DNA of 64,000 nucleotides from an uncultured Burkholderiales bacterium (GTDB lineage Bacteria; Vulcanimicrobiota; Xenobia; Xenobiales; QWHO01): NCBI GenBank assembly GCA_964471395.1, contig CAYYHB010000002.1, positions 15,313 to 79,312 of the forward strand, read 5' to 3'. Shown piece by piece: positions 48,272 to 57,347 of this stretch (position 1 is its first letter; each line of letters starts with the position of its first letter). The notes under the pieces were generated by a model. It saw only the letters and a program-made list of their open reading frames with translations, ran no database searches and was not told where the DNA came from. The position numbers and the translations under genes were made by a program.

Positions 48272-51261
48272 GCACGCAGCCTGCGATAAGGCTCGAGCAG
48301 CTCGTTGGAGGTGTTCTCGAGCTTGAGTTGGGCCTGACGCTCGGTCTGGTCATGGCAGGCCGCCCGGAAATCGCACCAGCGGCAGTGGCTCGGGTCGGGG
48401 GTATGCACGAAGGCCCCCTCCTCCACGATGGCCAGCAACTCGCCGATCAGATCGAAGAGTTGCCTGGAGTCAGGCCGCTGGATGGGAAAGTGGTCCTCGA
48501 GGGCTCGGATCGAGGGAAAGAAGTAGGCTCCCGAGCTGACCCGGCCACCCATAAGCTCCTCGGCCACCAGGGCGTAGAGGGCATGCTGGAGCTGGCGACC
48601 ATGAGCAAAGACTGCCCTGGCCGGATGAGGGGGGCGGGCACCGGTCTTGTAGTCGATCACCTGGTAGGTGCCATCTGCGAGTTGGTCGATGCGGTCGATG
48701 CGACCTCGCAGGCTGAGTACCCCGGCCGGACCGAGCTCGAGGCTGACTGGCTCGGCTCGATCCAGGGGCTCGCCTTCATTCTTGGTCATTCCGAAGGTGA
48801 CCTCCAGGGCGATCGGCGTGTGCCCTGAGCGTCTCTCTTCCTGGTCGAGAAAATTTCCCAGATCTTTGCGCAGGCTTTCTGCCTCCTCGGCGTAGAGCGC
48901 TTCCGATACGGGCGGCATTCGTCGGCGCAGCTCCTGCAGCTTGCATTCGAGCAAGTCCAGGAGCTCGCGCTCGTGCTCTTGGCGGGTGGGACGACGGCCG
49001 GCCGAGCGCAAGCGCCGCAAGAAGATGGCCAGCAGATCGTGCATCAGGTTGCCGCGCAGGAGCGCGTCCAGCCACTGGTCGGGGTTGGGCGAGACCTGCT
49101 CGCGGCGGGTCAGGCCCAGAGCTCGCTCGAGATACCAGCGGAAGGGGCAGGCGGCCAGCGTCTCAAGCGAGGTGGCCGAGATGGGCCGACCGGTGCGACG
49201 AGGGTCGAGCTCGCAGGCCTGGCTCACCAGACCGTCATACTCGGTGAAAACCGCGCTCTCGCGGGCCTGGCTGGCCCGTTGGCCGCGGGCCAGCCAGGGA
49301 TAGGCCTGCCAGACCCAGGGGGCGGCAGCCGGCCCTCGAGGGACCAGTCGGGACAGCCACCAGGAGCTGACCGAGGGAGCCGAGCCGACTCGGGAGGCCA
49401 CCACCGTGACCGGATCGGGCTCGTAGGGCTCCTTCTCGGGCCCCCGCTCCAGGCGCAAAGCCTGTTTGAAGAGCCAGGAGGACACCGTCTCGCGATTCTC
49501 GCGCAGGTCGCGAACCGAGTAGCTGAAGACCGCCTGCTCAGCCTCGCAGGTGGCCAGTCGCAGTAAGACATCGGAGACCTGCTCATGAATGCGCTCGAGC
49601 GAGGTGGGCAGGCCAAGACCCCTGCGCTCGGAGTCGAGCAGCACCGGATCCTCGATGGGAGGGCTGAAGACCCGGCCTTCTTCCAGCCCCAGGAGATACA
49701 AGTGAGGTCGGCCCGAGCGACCGGCGCTCTCCAGACCGGTCACGTAGAGAGAGCCGGGACGTGGCCGGGAAGCTCCCAGGCTCAGACGCTCGAGCCGCTC
49801 ACGAACCAGTCGCAGTATCTGAGCCCGAGGGCGCCGGAAGGGAGCCAGGCTGCTCAATTCGCGCAGAGCGCGGGTCACGGCCGGGTCAGCCTGAGGGCGC
49901 TGCAGGGCGACCAGAGCCTCGACCAGCGTGCCAAGCTCGAGCTGGTTGTCCTGTTCCACGGGGAGCCTGTCAAGCAAGCCTTGAATCCAGCAGTGCAAGG
50001 TTTCCACACGCTCAGCTTGAGCCAGCCTCAGCTCGGCGTGATCGAGCTCTTCCTCGGCCTGCGCTCTCAACCTGAGGCTGGCTGCTCCCAATCCCCGCCG
50101 ATAGGTTTCTCGGCCCCAGGTCAGGTGGGAACGAGTGAGCAGAGAAGCGGCCGCGCCATTGCCAATGCCCTCTGGTGGCACCAGGTCGCCAGCCAGGATC
50201 AGCGAGCGCAGCTCGCTGGCCGAGAAATCGCTCTCGATCCAGGAAAGCAAGCCCAGAACGCCCCGACCATCAGGGGTGCGGGGTGCCGGCAGACCGTCCG
50301 AAAGGCTTACCGGAAGATCCAGGCGACGGGCCTTCTGCCAAAGCTCCAGGCGCAGGTCAGGCTGAGCCGCCACCAGCTCCACCTGGTCCAGCGCAATCCC
50401 TTGCTCGAGCAAGCGCCGAAAGACCTCCTCCAACTCGGCGTCACGCCCACCGGCCGCCAGGGTCTGAACCCGCGGAACCTGCACGGGGCGAGAGAGCCAG
50501 CGCAAGTTCGAGCCTCCGGCGACCTCCTCGTCAGCCGGCCAGCTTGAAGGAAGGTCCCACCCGGGCAACTCGGGCCGGTGACCGGGCAGGCGGCGACCTC
50601 CCAGACGGGCGAGCAACTCGCGGGCCAGGCGGGGGAGCCTGAGACCGGGCAGGGTAACCACGGGATCGGTCTCGGCCATGGGGGCCTCATCGACCCGCTC
50701 GATGGCTACCCGATACAGCTCAGCCTGGTCGGCCAGGCGATGCCGGGTCAGGTGGTCTTCGTAGGCCAGCAACAGAGAGCGGAGCTCGGTTGCCTTGCGA
50801 GCTGGCTCGAGCTGCTCGAAGGGAAAGCTCTCGGCCAGGCAGCCTTCCAGGCGCAACTCGAGCAGCGAGGCCCAGAGGCAGTCGGCCATGCGCGGCTGCT
50901 CGGCCAGGGGGCGAAAGTATCCCTCATCTCCATCGGGCAGGTCGAGCAGCAAGCGGAGCAGCAGAGAGGCCGACAGACCTTCCGGCAGAGGATCGAGGCC
51001 TGCTTCCAGCAGGTGGGGGGCGGCCAGGTCGCGAGCCAGGTCGTGCATGGTAACAAAGCGGAGGTTGGCCCAGGCGACTCCCCTCAGGGCCAGTCGCTCG
51101 GCCAGGGTCCAGCCGACCGTAGAGGATGGCACGATCACCCACTTGGGAGCGCTCGGCTCCTGCGCGCAAAGCCTGGCCAGCTGCGTCAGGAACGGGTCGC
51201 TCATCACCAGCGCAGGCAGGGTTCCCAGGGCCAGGTCGGGACGTTCATCAGTCAGCTCCAT
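48262..51261 (-). CDS. PD-(D/E)XK nuclease superfamily protein, AddB-like (999 aa) with C-terminal Cys cluster
   Basis: C-terminal ...VIDYKTG...QLQHALYALVAEE... (D-YK / QxxxY RecB-nuclease motif) followed by CRWCDFRAAC; no canonical Walker A found. Confidence 0.6.
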   Translation of the reverse strand: MELTDERPDLALGTLPALVMSDPFLTQLARLCAQEPSAPKWVIVPSSTVGWTLAERLALRGVAWANLRFVTMHDLARDLAAPHLLEAGLDPLPEGLSASLLLRLLLDLPDGDEGYFRPLAEQPRMADCLWASLLELRLEGCLAESFPFEQLEPARKATELRSLLLAYEDHLTRHRLADQAELYRVAIERVDEAPMAETDPVVTLPGLRLPRLARELLARLGGRRLPGHRPELPGWDLPSSWPADEEVAGGSNLRWLSRPVQVPRVQTLAAGGRDAELEEVFRRLLEQGIALDQVELVAAQPDLRLELWQKARRLDLPVSLSDGLPAPRTPDGRGVLGLLSWIESDFSASELRSLILAGDLVPPEGIGNGAAASLLTRSHLTWGRETYRRGLGAASLRLRAQAEEELDHAELRLAQAERVETLHCWIQGLLDRLPVEQDNQLELGTLVEALVALQRPQADPAVTRALRELSSLAPFRRPRAQILRLVRERLERLSLGASRPRPGSLYVTGLESAGRSGRPHLYLLGLEEGRVFSPPIEDPVLLDSERRGLGLPTSLERIHEQVSDVLLRLATCEAEQAVFSYSVRDLRENRETVSSWLFKQALRLERGPEKEPYEPDPVTVVASRVGSAPSVSSWWLSRLVPRGPAAAPWVWQAYPWLARGQRASQARESAVFTEYDGLVSQACELDPRRTGRPISATSLETLAACPFRWYLERALGLTRREQVSPNPDQWLDALLRGNLMHDLLAIFLRRLRSAGRRPTRQEHERELLDLLECKLQELRRRMPPVSEALYAEEAESLRKDLGNFLDQEERRSGHTPIALEVTFGMTKNEGEPLDRAEPVSLELGPAGVLSLRGRIDRIDQLADGTYQVIDYKTGARPPHPARAVFAHGRQLQHALYALVAEELMGGRVSSGAYFFPSIRALEDHFPIQRPDSRQLFDLIGELLAIVEEGAFVHTPDPSHCRWCDFRAACHDQTERQAQLKLENTSNELLEPYRRLRAYP

Positions 51262-51329
51262 GAGGCGAGTCTAGCCGGGTCGGACGACAGGTAGTGTCGT
51301 TGCGCCAGGACAAGCCTGGGCAAGGAGGA

Positions 51330-51700
51330 TAAATTTTATGACGTAGAGTTTTGAAACCTTGCGGTGGAACCCTGTGGGCGCGACCAGTGGCAGGCGCTGA
51401 CGCGCAAGGTGCGAGGGCACTTCAACTACTTTGGGCTCACCGGGAACCTCCCGAGCCTGGAAAGGTTCGTGAACCAGGTGCGCCGGGTATGGCAAAAGTG
51501 GCTCGGACGGCGTTGCTCCAAAGCGCACATGAACTGGGAACGGATGAACCGTTTGGTGCAACACTACCCCCTTCCCAAACCCAAGATATTCCGGGCTCCG
51601 ACCTTCAGCAAAGCTCCCACCTGACGAGCCGGATGCGTTAATTGCGCACGTCCGGTTCTGTGGGGGGCCAGGGAGGGCAACCTCCCTGGTCTACCCGGCT
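51330..51700 (+). mobile_element. 3'-terminal remnant of a group II intron (maturase C-terminus + domains V and VI)
   Basis: ORF fragment RGHFNYFGLTGNLPSLERFVNQVRRVWQKWLGRR (maturase X-domain C-terminus); domain V GAGCCGGATGCG-TTAATT-GCGCACGTCCGGTTC at 51626-51658; domain VI hairpin with bulged A at ~51693. Confidence 0.65.
51364..51624 (+). pseudogene. truncated group II intron reverse transcriptase/maturase (C-terminal ~85 aa only)
   Basis: No RT domains upstream in any frame; only maturase tail retained. Confidence 0.6.
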
Positions 51701-51742
51701 CTTCGGCGCAGGCTTTGGTCAGGTCCTGGGGAAGACGATCGG

Positions 51743-53152
51743 GTGCTACGGCAGCTGCTTGTTCCCCTTGTCGTAACGGTCTCGGTGGCGTTGGCCGCGA
51801 CCGAGAGCGAGTCCCTGGCTCAGTTCGTCGAGCGCACGGCCGGGCGACAGGCCTACGGGGTCTACATGCTCGGCCAGAAGGTGGGCTGGAGCCTGGTCGA
51901 GTTGCGCCCTGGCAACTACCAGGGTAGGCCGGTCGCGGTGTCGTCGGAGGAAGACTGGACCGAGATGGTCATAATGGGCGAGCGAACCGTCAGTCACGGC
52001 AGAAGCGTTACGTACTACACCCTGACCGGGGAAGGGCCAGTCCTGGCCTGCCACGAGTGGTCGCTCGAAGACGGCCAGGAGAGCACAATTCGGGTTCAGC
52101 GAAGTACCGATGGGTACCGCATCGAGCGTCGCAGCCCGGGAGGCGAGACAGCCCGCACCGTTGTCAGGGTACGCGACAATCTGGCTGAGAGCCAGAAGCT
52201 GGAGCGGTGGCTGGCCAGAGCCCTGCCCGGAGAGCAATTTTCCGACTGGACCTGCGACTGGAATGCGCTCGATTGCGACAGCGAAACCCGCCTTACTTTC
52301 CGAGCAAGCCAGCCTCCGTTCTTCTTACTGCAGTTGAGTCAGCAGGGCGCTCTAGGCGAGATGCTGGCCCGTCCCGATGGCTCGGCCGAGCGCATCAGCA
52401 TCGGCTCGGGGGTAGAGTTGCGGGCCGAGGAGGAAGCTCAGGCCCGCAGGCTTGAGCCTGCCCGCGAAATGCTCGACCTGATGATGGTGCAGGGTGGCCG
52501 TGACCTGGGCGAGGCCCGCACGGTGCGGGGTCTCATCATGGAAGTAGAAGGTCTGGACGATTTCCCCCTGCCCGAGTCGCACCGCCAGCGCCTCCAGCGC
52601 CAGGATCAGCGTTTGCTTCTCGTGACCGGTGAGGACCTTCCCACCGACCTGGGGCGGGCGCTGGGAAGCGAGGACAAAAAGCGATACCTTGCCTCCACGC
52701 CTGAGATTCAAGTCGACTCCAAGATGCGGGAACTGGCCAGGCGTCACGGACGTGGCAAGGATCCGCGTGAGCAGGCCGATCGACTCAAGTCGTGGGTGTT
52801 CGAGCAGCTGGAGAAGACGGGGGCCAGCAACGCCTTCACCGCCCACGACGTCCTCCACAACCGGGCCGGCGACTGCACCGAGCACGCTCTTCTCCTGGTG
52901 GCTCTGCTTCGAGCCGCAGGCATTCCGGCCCGCGAAGTGGGAGGTCTGGCTTACGCCCAGGATGGGGGGTTCGCCTGGCACGCCTGGGCCGAGTTCCACG
53001 ACCAGAATCACTGGGTCAGCGTGGACCCGACCTGGAACGAGCTTCCCGTGGACGGCACCCACATCAAGCTCAATAACGACCCGCGCGATCTGAGCTGGAT
53101 CAATCTGGTGGGACGACTCAAGCTGAAAGTGGTGGACGTCGACTACTTCTGA
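51743..53152 (+). CDS. secreted transglutaminase-like domain protein
   Basis: Signal peptide; GDCTEHALLLVALLRAAGIPAR...HAWAEF...SVDPT Cys-His-Asp transglutaminase-like core. Confidence 0.7.
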   Translation: MLRQLLVPLVVTVSVALAATESESLAQFVERTAGRQAYGVYMLGQKVGWSLVELRPGNYQGRPVAVSSEEDWTEMVIMGERTVSHGRSVTYYTLTGEGPVLACHEWSLEDGQESTIRVQRSTDGYRIERRSPGGETARTVVRVRDNLAESQKLERWLARALPGEQFSDWTCDWNALDCDSETRLTFRASQPPFFLLQLSQQGALGEMLARPDGSAERISIGSGVELRAEEEAQARRLEPAREMLDLMMVQGGRDLGEARTVRGLIMEVEGLDDFPLPESHRQRLQRQDQRLLLVTGEDLPTDLGRALGSEDKKRYLASTPEIQVDSKMRELARRHGRGKDPREQADRLKSWVFEQLEKTGASNAFTAHDVLHNRAGDCTEHALLLVALLRAAGIPAREVGGLAYAQDGGFAWHAWAEFHDQNHWVSVDPTWNELPVDGTHIKLNNDPRDLSWINLVGRLKLKVVDVDYF

Positions 53153-54177
53153 TCGCGGAGCTTGAGAGCCCGGGCCAGATCTTGCTGGGCTGAGGCGTAT
53201 TCAGGGTCGAGCTCGAGGGCTTTCTGGTAAGAGCCGATGGCCTCTTCCAGGTCTTTGGGGTCCTTGGACATCTCGGCGAACTTCCGCTCCAGGGCCGCAC
53301 CCAGGAAACGATACGCCTGCTTGTCCTTGCCGTCGAATTTGATGGCCTGGCGATAACAGGTGATGGCCCTCTCGAGCTGGCCGAGCTGCAAATAGGCATC
53401 GCCCTTGTAGACCCAGGCTTTGGAGAAGCGGACATCGGCTTTGATGGCCAGATCATACTCCTTGATGGCCTCGGCGTACTTACCCTGGGCAAAGAGCTCC
53501 TCGGCTCTCTGGAAGTGTTGCCCGGCCGCCGCGGTGGCCGCCGTGATCTTGCCGGCGTTGGGGTCTTGGAGATAGCGGATGGCGTCGCGGGCGGTGGCGT
53601 TGTCAGGGTTCAGCTCCAGCACCTTCTTGTAGGCTTTGATGGCGTCGGCTTTGCGGGTCACCAGGAAGTAGGCCTGGCCCAGCCCCATGTAGGCTCCCTC
53701 GGAGGTGGGTGTCAGCTCTGCGGCCTTCAAGAACATGGCGATGGCCCGGTTGGGATCGCTCTCCATGTAGAGGTGTCCCTGCAAAATGAAGGCGTCGGAA
53801 AGATCGGGATGGGTCTCGATCAACCAGTCAACCAGGGGGCCCGCCTTGGCCGGCACCCCCTGCTGGATGTAGTAGGTGGCCAGCGTCAACTGGCCCAGCG
53901 CTCGATACTCTTTCTTCTCGGACATGAACCAGTCGGCGTGGTCGATGGCTCGGAGCAGGTCGCCGGCCTCTTTGTCACGGCCCTTGACGGCCAGTTGCAG
54001 AGCTTTGCGGATGGCTGGCACGACCTCCTCGCGATTGAGGGCGGCCTTGTTGCGGGTCAGGATGACATCCCATTGCTCGCTCTTGGCGTTCAGCATCTGG
54101 GCCAGAATCCCGTCCAGCGCGCTCTGGCCCAGGACAACGGCCGTCAGGCAGAGGAGCAGCAGCCCCCGGAGCCTCAC
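53143..54177 (-). CDS. secreted TPR-repeat protein
   Basis: Signal peptide MRLRGLLLLCLTAVVLG; multiple 34-aa TPR units (…AYxxLGxAYxxxxxxxxAIxxYxKALELxP…). Confidence 0.65.
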   Translation of the reverse strand: MRLRGLLLLCLTAVVLGQSALDGILAQMLNAKSEQWDVILTRNKAALNREEVVPAIRKALQLAVKGRDKEAGDLLRAIDHADWFMSEKKEYRALGQLTLATYYIQQGVPAKAGPLVDWLIETHPDLSDAFILQGHLYMESDPNRAIAMFLKAAELTPTSEGAYMGLGQAYFLVTRKADAIKAYKKVLELNPDNATARDAIRYLQDPNAGKITAATAAAGQHFQRAEELFAQGKYAEAIKEYDLAIKADVRFSKAWVYKGDAYLQLGQLERAITCYRQAIKFDGKDKQAYRFLGAALERKFAEMSKDPKDLEEAIGSYQKALELDPEYASAQQDLARALKLRDQK

Positions 54178-54371
54178 TTCTTAGCGACCCGAGACATGAC
54201 CACCTGAACCCCGACCGTCTCGTCACTCAACTGCAGATACTCCACCGAGTCGATGCCAAAGCCCTCGTCGCCGGCGTGATTGAGCGCGGCCTGCAGCTCG
54301 AAATCGCTGGGCCAACAGCCCGGGTCCTCCTGGTTGACCACGGTCAGCACACGGTGCAGCCACCGCTTCAT
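54174..54371 (-). CDS. small hypothetical protein (65 aa), translationally coupled between flanking genes
   Basis: ATGA overlaps at both ends (54368-54371 and 54174-54177). Confidence 0.4.
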   Translation of the reverse strand: MKRWLHRVLTVVNQEDPGCWPSDFELQAALNHAGDEGFGIDSVEYLQLSDETVGVQVVMSRVAKK

Positions 54372-55999
54372 GACGGCTCTCCAGAGCCCGCCGCGGCCTG
54401 AGTGGCCAGCGCCAGGCTCAACAGCTTGCGAGCCCCCTGGTCGCACAGCTCCTTGCCGTGATCGAGGAGGCGCAGCTCGCGCTGGCCGGTGTCGAGATAG
54501 TTGCGCCACTCCTCGATGGCCTCGCGCCAGTCCTGGATCCCTCCCTGGAAGGCCTGCTCGGTCTCGCGCACAAGCTCGGCCCGCTTAACAGCTTCCTCGC
54601 GCTCTTCGTCAGAGAGCCCTTCCAGGTTCGTCTCGGGGGCCTGACCGACAGACTTCTCTTGCTGGTCGATCAGCCCCTCAAACCAGGTCAGCTCGGCTTC
54701 GAACTCCTCCTTACCGATGCTCTTGGTCCGGATGGCGTCGACCGCTTTGTACATCCGGTCGAGGTTGGCGCTGGAGACAGGCTCCTCGGCCGGAGGCCGC
54801 GCCCCTTCCGACTCCACCGAGAAGGTCGAGGTGGAGACGGATTTCTCTACCAGGATCGGGAGCGCTCCGCCGCATTTGGCGCAGTTGCGCCGATCGGGGG
54901 AGTTGTAGAAATTGCACCGCAAACAACAGACTTTGCCTTCCCTGTCGGCCAGGTTTTGCAGCGTTTCCCAGCAGGCGTGCAGCTCATCAGCCGATTCTCG
55001 AAGGCGGTTGGAGGCCGCCTGCAAGAGCAGCACGTCCCGCGTCTCGAAGAACTGCTCGAAGCCCTGAATGGCTTCCTGGTAACCCTGCAGGGCAGCCACG
55101 GCGCGGCTCGCTTCTTGCTGCATCATGACCGAGGCCACCGGGGCGGCCGCCTTGACTGCGGTGGCCAGGGGAAGAATATCCTTCTTCAGGGTTTCCAGGT
55201 GTTCTTCCAGAAGATCCTGGTGGCAGGCTCCCTGGGCCACGTCGTAGGCCATGTGGATGACCAGGTTGACCAGTTGGGACTTGGTGGGGCCGGAGGTGCG
55301 CGCGCGCAAGCTGGCCAGCGGGATCAACTCTTGCAGATAACGGAAGGTCTTGTCAGCCTTCTTCATCTCCTCGTCCACCAGATAGTCGTCGGCCGCCTCG
55401 ATCGCTTTGGCCAGCCGGTTCATGCACCGCAGGTGATCGTCGAAGGCTCGCCGCACGGCCCCGTACTCGCCCTCCTCGGGAGCCCCGGCCAGATCGTCCA
55501 GGGCTTTGAGCGTGGTCAGGCGTTCGGCGTTGACCACGCTGAGGAAAGTCTGCATCTCGGTCTGGCCGGAGCGGACTTGCTCCAGGGTTCGGATCAGGAG
55601 ATTCAAGCTGGGAATATCGGTCGGACCCTGGGCCAGCAGCGCCAGGTTGCGATACATCGAGAACTGCACGTCGAGCTGATACGAGCAGCGGCGCACCAGC
55701 TCGCCGCCCTGAAAGAGCTCCTCCGTGCGGCGATTGTCCACGGCCACGCCCAGAAGATCCAGCCCGTGCTTGAACAGGCCGAAGGTGGTCTGGATCTGCT
55801 CGATGATGTCCTCGCACTTCTCCTGGGCCTCGGGAGCGAGATTGTCGACTGTCTCCTCCCATTCTTCCTGCATGGATTCCAGGCCCTGCCTGGCGATGAC
55901 CAGCGCCACCTCGAGCTCGGCCGGATTGGCTTTGCCCTCGATGACCTCGGAGACCAGCATGACCAGCGCCTTTTGTTGGGTTCCTTGCGTCATCATCAC
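54368..55999 (-). CDS. hypothetical cytoplasmic protein (543 aa) with internal C4 zinc-ribbon
   Basis: CCLRCNFYNSPDRRNCAKCG; acidic helical architecture; no known family recognised. Confidence 0.55.
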   Translation of the reverse strand: MMMTQGTQQKALVMLVSEVIEGKANPAELEVALVIARQGLESMQEEWEETVDNLAPEAQEKCEDIIEQIQTTFGLFKHGLDLLGVAVDNRRTEELFQGGELVRRCSYQLDVQFSMYRNLALLAQGPTDIPSLNLLIRTLEQVRSGQTEMQTFLSVVNAERLTTLKALDDLAGAPEEGEYGAVRRAFDDHLRCMNRLAKAIEAADDYLVDEEMKKADKTFRYLQELIPLASLRARTSGPTKSQLVNLVIHMAYDVAQGACHQDLLEEHLETLKKDILPLATAVKAAAPVASVMMQQEASRAVAALQGYQEAIQGFEQFFETRDVLLLQAASNRLRESADELHACWETLQNLADREGKVCCLRCNFYNSPDRRNCAKCGGALPILVEKSVSTSTFSVESEGARPPAEEPVSSANLDRMYKAVDAIRTKSIGKEEFEAELTWFEGLIDQQEKSVGQAPETNLEGLSDEEREEAVKRAELVRETEQAFQGGIQDWREAIEEWRNYLDTGQRELRLLDHGKELCDQGARKLLSLALATQAAAGSGEPS

Positions 56000-56058
56000 T
56001 CCAAAGACAGCAAAATTTGCCCCTCACTTTCAAGAGCCTCTGGCTCGTTCCTTTGTTG

Positions 56059-56092
56059 GGGAAACAAAAGAGCCGCCCGCGAGGGCGGCTCG
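56059..56092 (-). terminator. rho-independent terminator downstream of glycine-zipper gene
   Basis: Minus strand GAGCCGCCCTCGCGGGCGGCTC hairpin followed by TTTTGTTT. Confidence 0.5.
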
Positions 56093-56110
56093 AGCAGGCT
56101 CCGGGCCAGC

Positions 56111-57175
56111 TTAGGTGTGGCCGAGGCGCGGGTCGTCGTAAAGGTCGGTGACCTTGCCACCGTTCACGCGAGCCAGGTCCTGGAAGCTGGGAATCACCTG
56201 GAGATTATCTTTCTGGGTGTAGATGTTGCGGTAGATCAGGTCGCCGTTGCGGGCGTAACCCATATAGGAGGTCTCGCCGTCGGCCTGGGTGCGCTCGCGT
56301 CCGGCCGTATCCCACGGGTCGAAGGAGCGGTGCTCGACGGTGTTGTTCTTGTTGTTGAACTGGATGTTCTGGGCCCCGTCGTAGATGCTGGTGCTCTCGG
56401 TGACGCCCTGCGGGCCGGTCGCGTTCATGGTGACCTTGGTGCCGTCGGCCAGGATCAGGGTGCGGGTCTTCTCGTTCCAGTCCTTCACGTGCTTGCCGTT
56501 GACGTTCTCGTGGGGGTCGCCCCAGTGCTCGACCTTGTTGCCCTCGCAGTCGGTGATCGAGACGCGGTCGCCGTTCATGGTAATGTTGTAGCCACCGCTG
56601 GTGGTGTAGGTAGCCGGCTTGCCCTTGCCGTCTTGCTGGAGCGTGCCGCCCCAGTTGATGTCCTGCTGGCCCCCCTGCTGGGGCGGGCACTGCGGCTGAG
56701 GCGGGCAGCAGTTCTGAGGCGGGCAGCACTGCTGCGGCTGACAGTACTGGGGCTGGGGCGGGCAGCAGTAGCCACCGGTCTGCGGGAAGCCACCGAACTG
56801 CGGGCCACCGCCATATTGCGGGTAGCCGGGGTTGCACCAGTTGCCCTGAGGCACCTGCGGTCCCCAGTTGCCCTGGCCGGGCGGAGGATAGTTACCGTGC
56901 TGAGGCTGCGGGCAGCACTGGTCCTGGGAAAACTGCTTGGAGACCTCACGGCCGAACAGCGCGCCGAGCACGCCGCCGATGACGGTGCCAAGTCCCGGGC
57001 AGATGGCCGAGCCGACTACGGCACCGGCGGCGCCACCACCCAGGGTTCCCAGCAGGTGGTTCGATCCCTGACCCGCGTGTTGACAGTACTGTGATTCCTG
57101 GCTCTTGTCCTTGCCGCTGAACAGGGCGACGAGCCCACCGATAAGAAGTCCTCCAGCGATTGCGGGCAGTGGCAT
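56111..57175 (-). CDS. glycine-zipper membrane protein with Cys/Pro/Gln-rich low-complexity region and C-terminal WGDPH-motif domain
   Basis: N-terminal TM + GAVVGSAICPGLGTVIGGVLGALFG (GxxxG zipper); CCPPQPQYCQPQQCCPPQNCCPPQPQCPPQQ tract encoded by CCGCCxCAG DNA repeats; ...VEHWGDPHENVNGKHV... in C-terminal domain. Confidence 0.6.
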   Translation of the reverse strand: MPLPAIAGGLLIGGLVALFSGKDKSQESQYCQHAGQGSNHLLGTLGGGAAGAVVGSAICPGLGTVIGGVLGALFGREVSKQFSQDQCCPQPQHGNYPPPGQGNWGPQVPQGNWCNPGYPQYGGGPQFGGFPQTGGYCCPPQPQYCQPQQCCPPQNCCPPQPQCPPQQGGQQDINWGGTLQQDGKGKPATYTTSGGYNITMNGDRVSITDCEGNKVEHWGDPHENVNGKHVKDWNEKTRTLILADGTKVTMNATGPQGVTESTSIYDGAQNIQFNNKNNTVEHRSFDPWDTAGRERTQADGETSYMGYARNGDLIYRNIYTQKDNLQVIPSFQDLARVNGGKVTDLYDDPRLGHT

Positions 57176-57249
57176 TTTCGAATCCTCCTCCAGTTTTCAG
57201 GCGCAACTTCTGTGGGGTTTATCACGGACCTCTTTCAAGTGGTCAAGGG

Positions 57250-57285
57250 GGGGCACGGATGTTAACAATCTGTTTACGCCGGCAA
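57250..57285 (-). repeat. possible degenerate partial fifth copy of the intergenic repeat family
   Basis: GTTAACAATCTGTTTACGCCGGC vs GTAGACAATCTGTTGAACGGCGCC (copy B text). Confidence 0.25.
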
Positions 57286-57347
57286 CATTTTTGTAAACAC
57301 TTCTGGTTTGACCGGGGAAAGCCGGAGCCTCGGCGAACCTGTGGCCG

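Noticed and set aside
56500-56560. Interpreting WGDPH as a genuine von Willebrand D domain
   Set aside because: Only the short motif matches; the downstream TFDG/Cys pattern of vWD is absent, so it is left as a motif-level observation pending profile search
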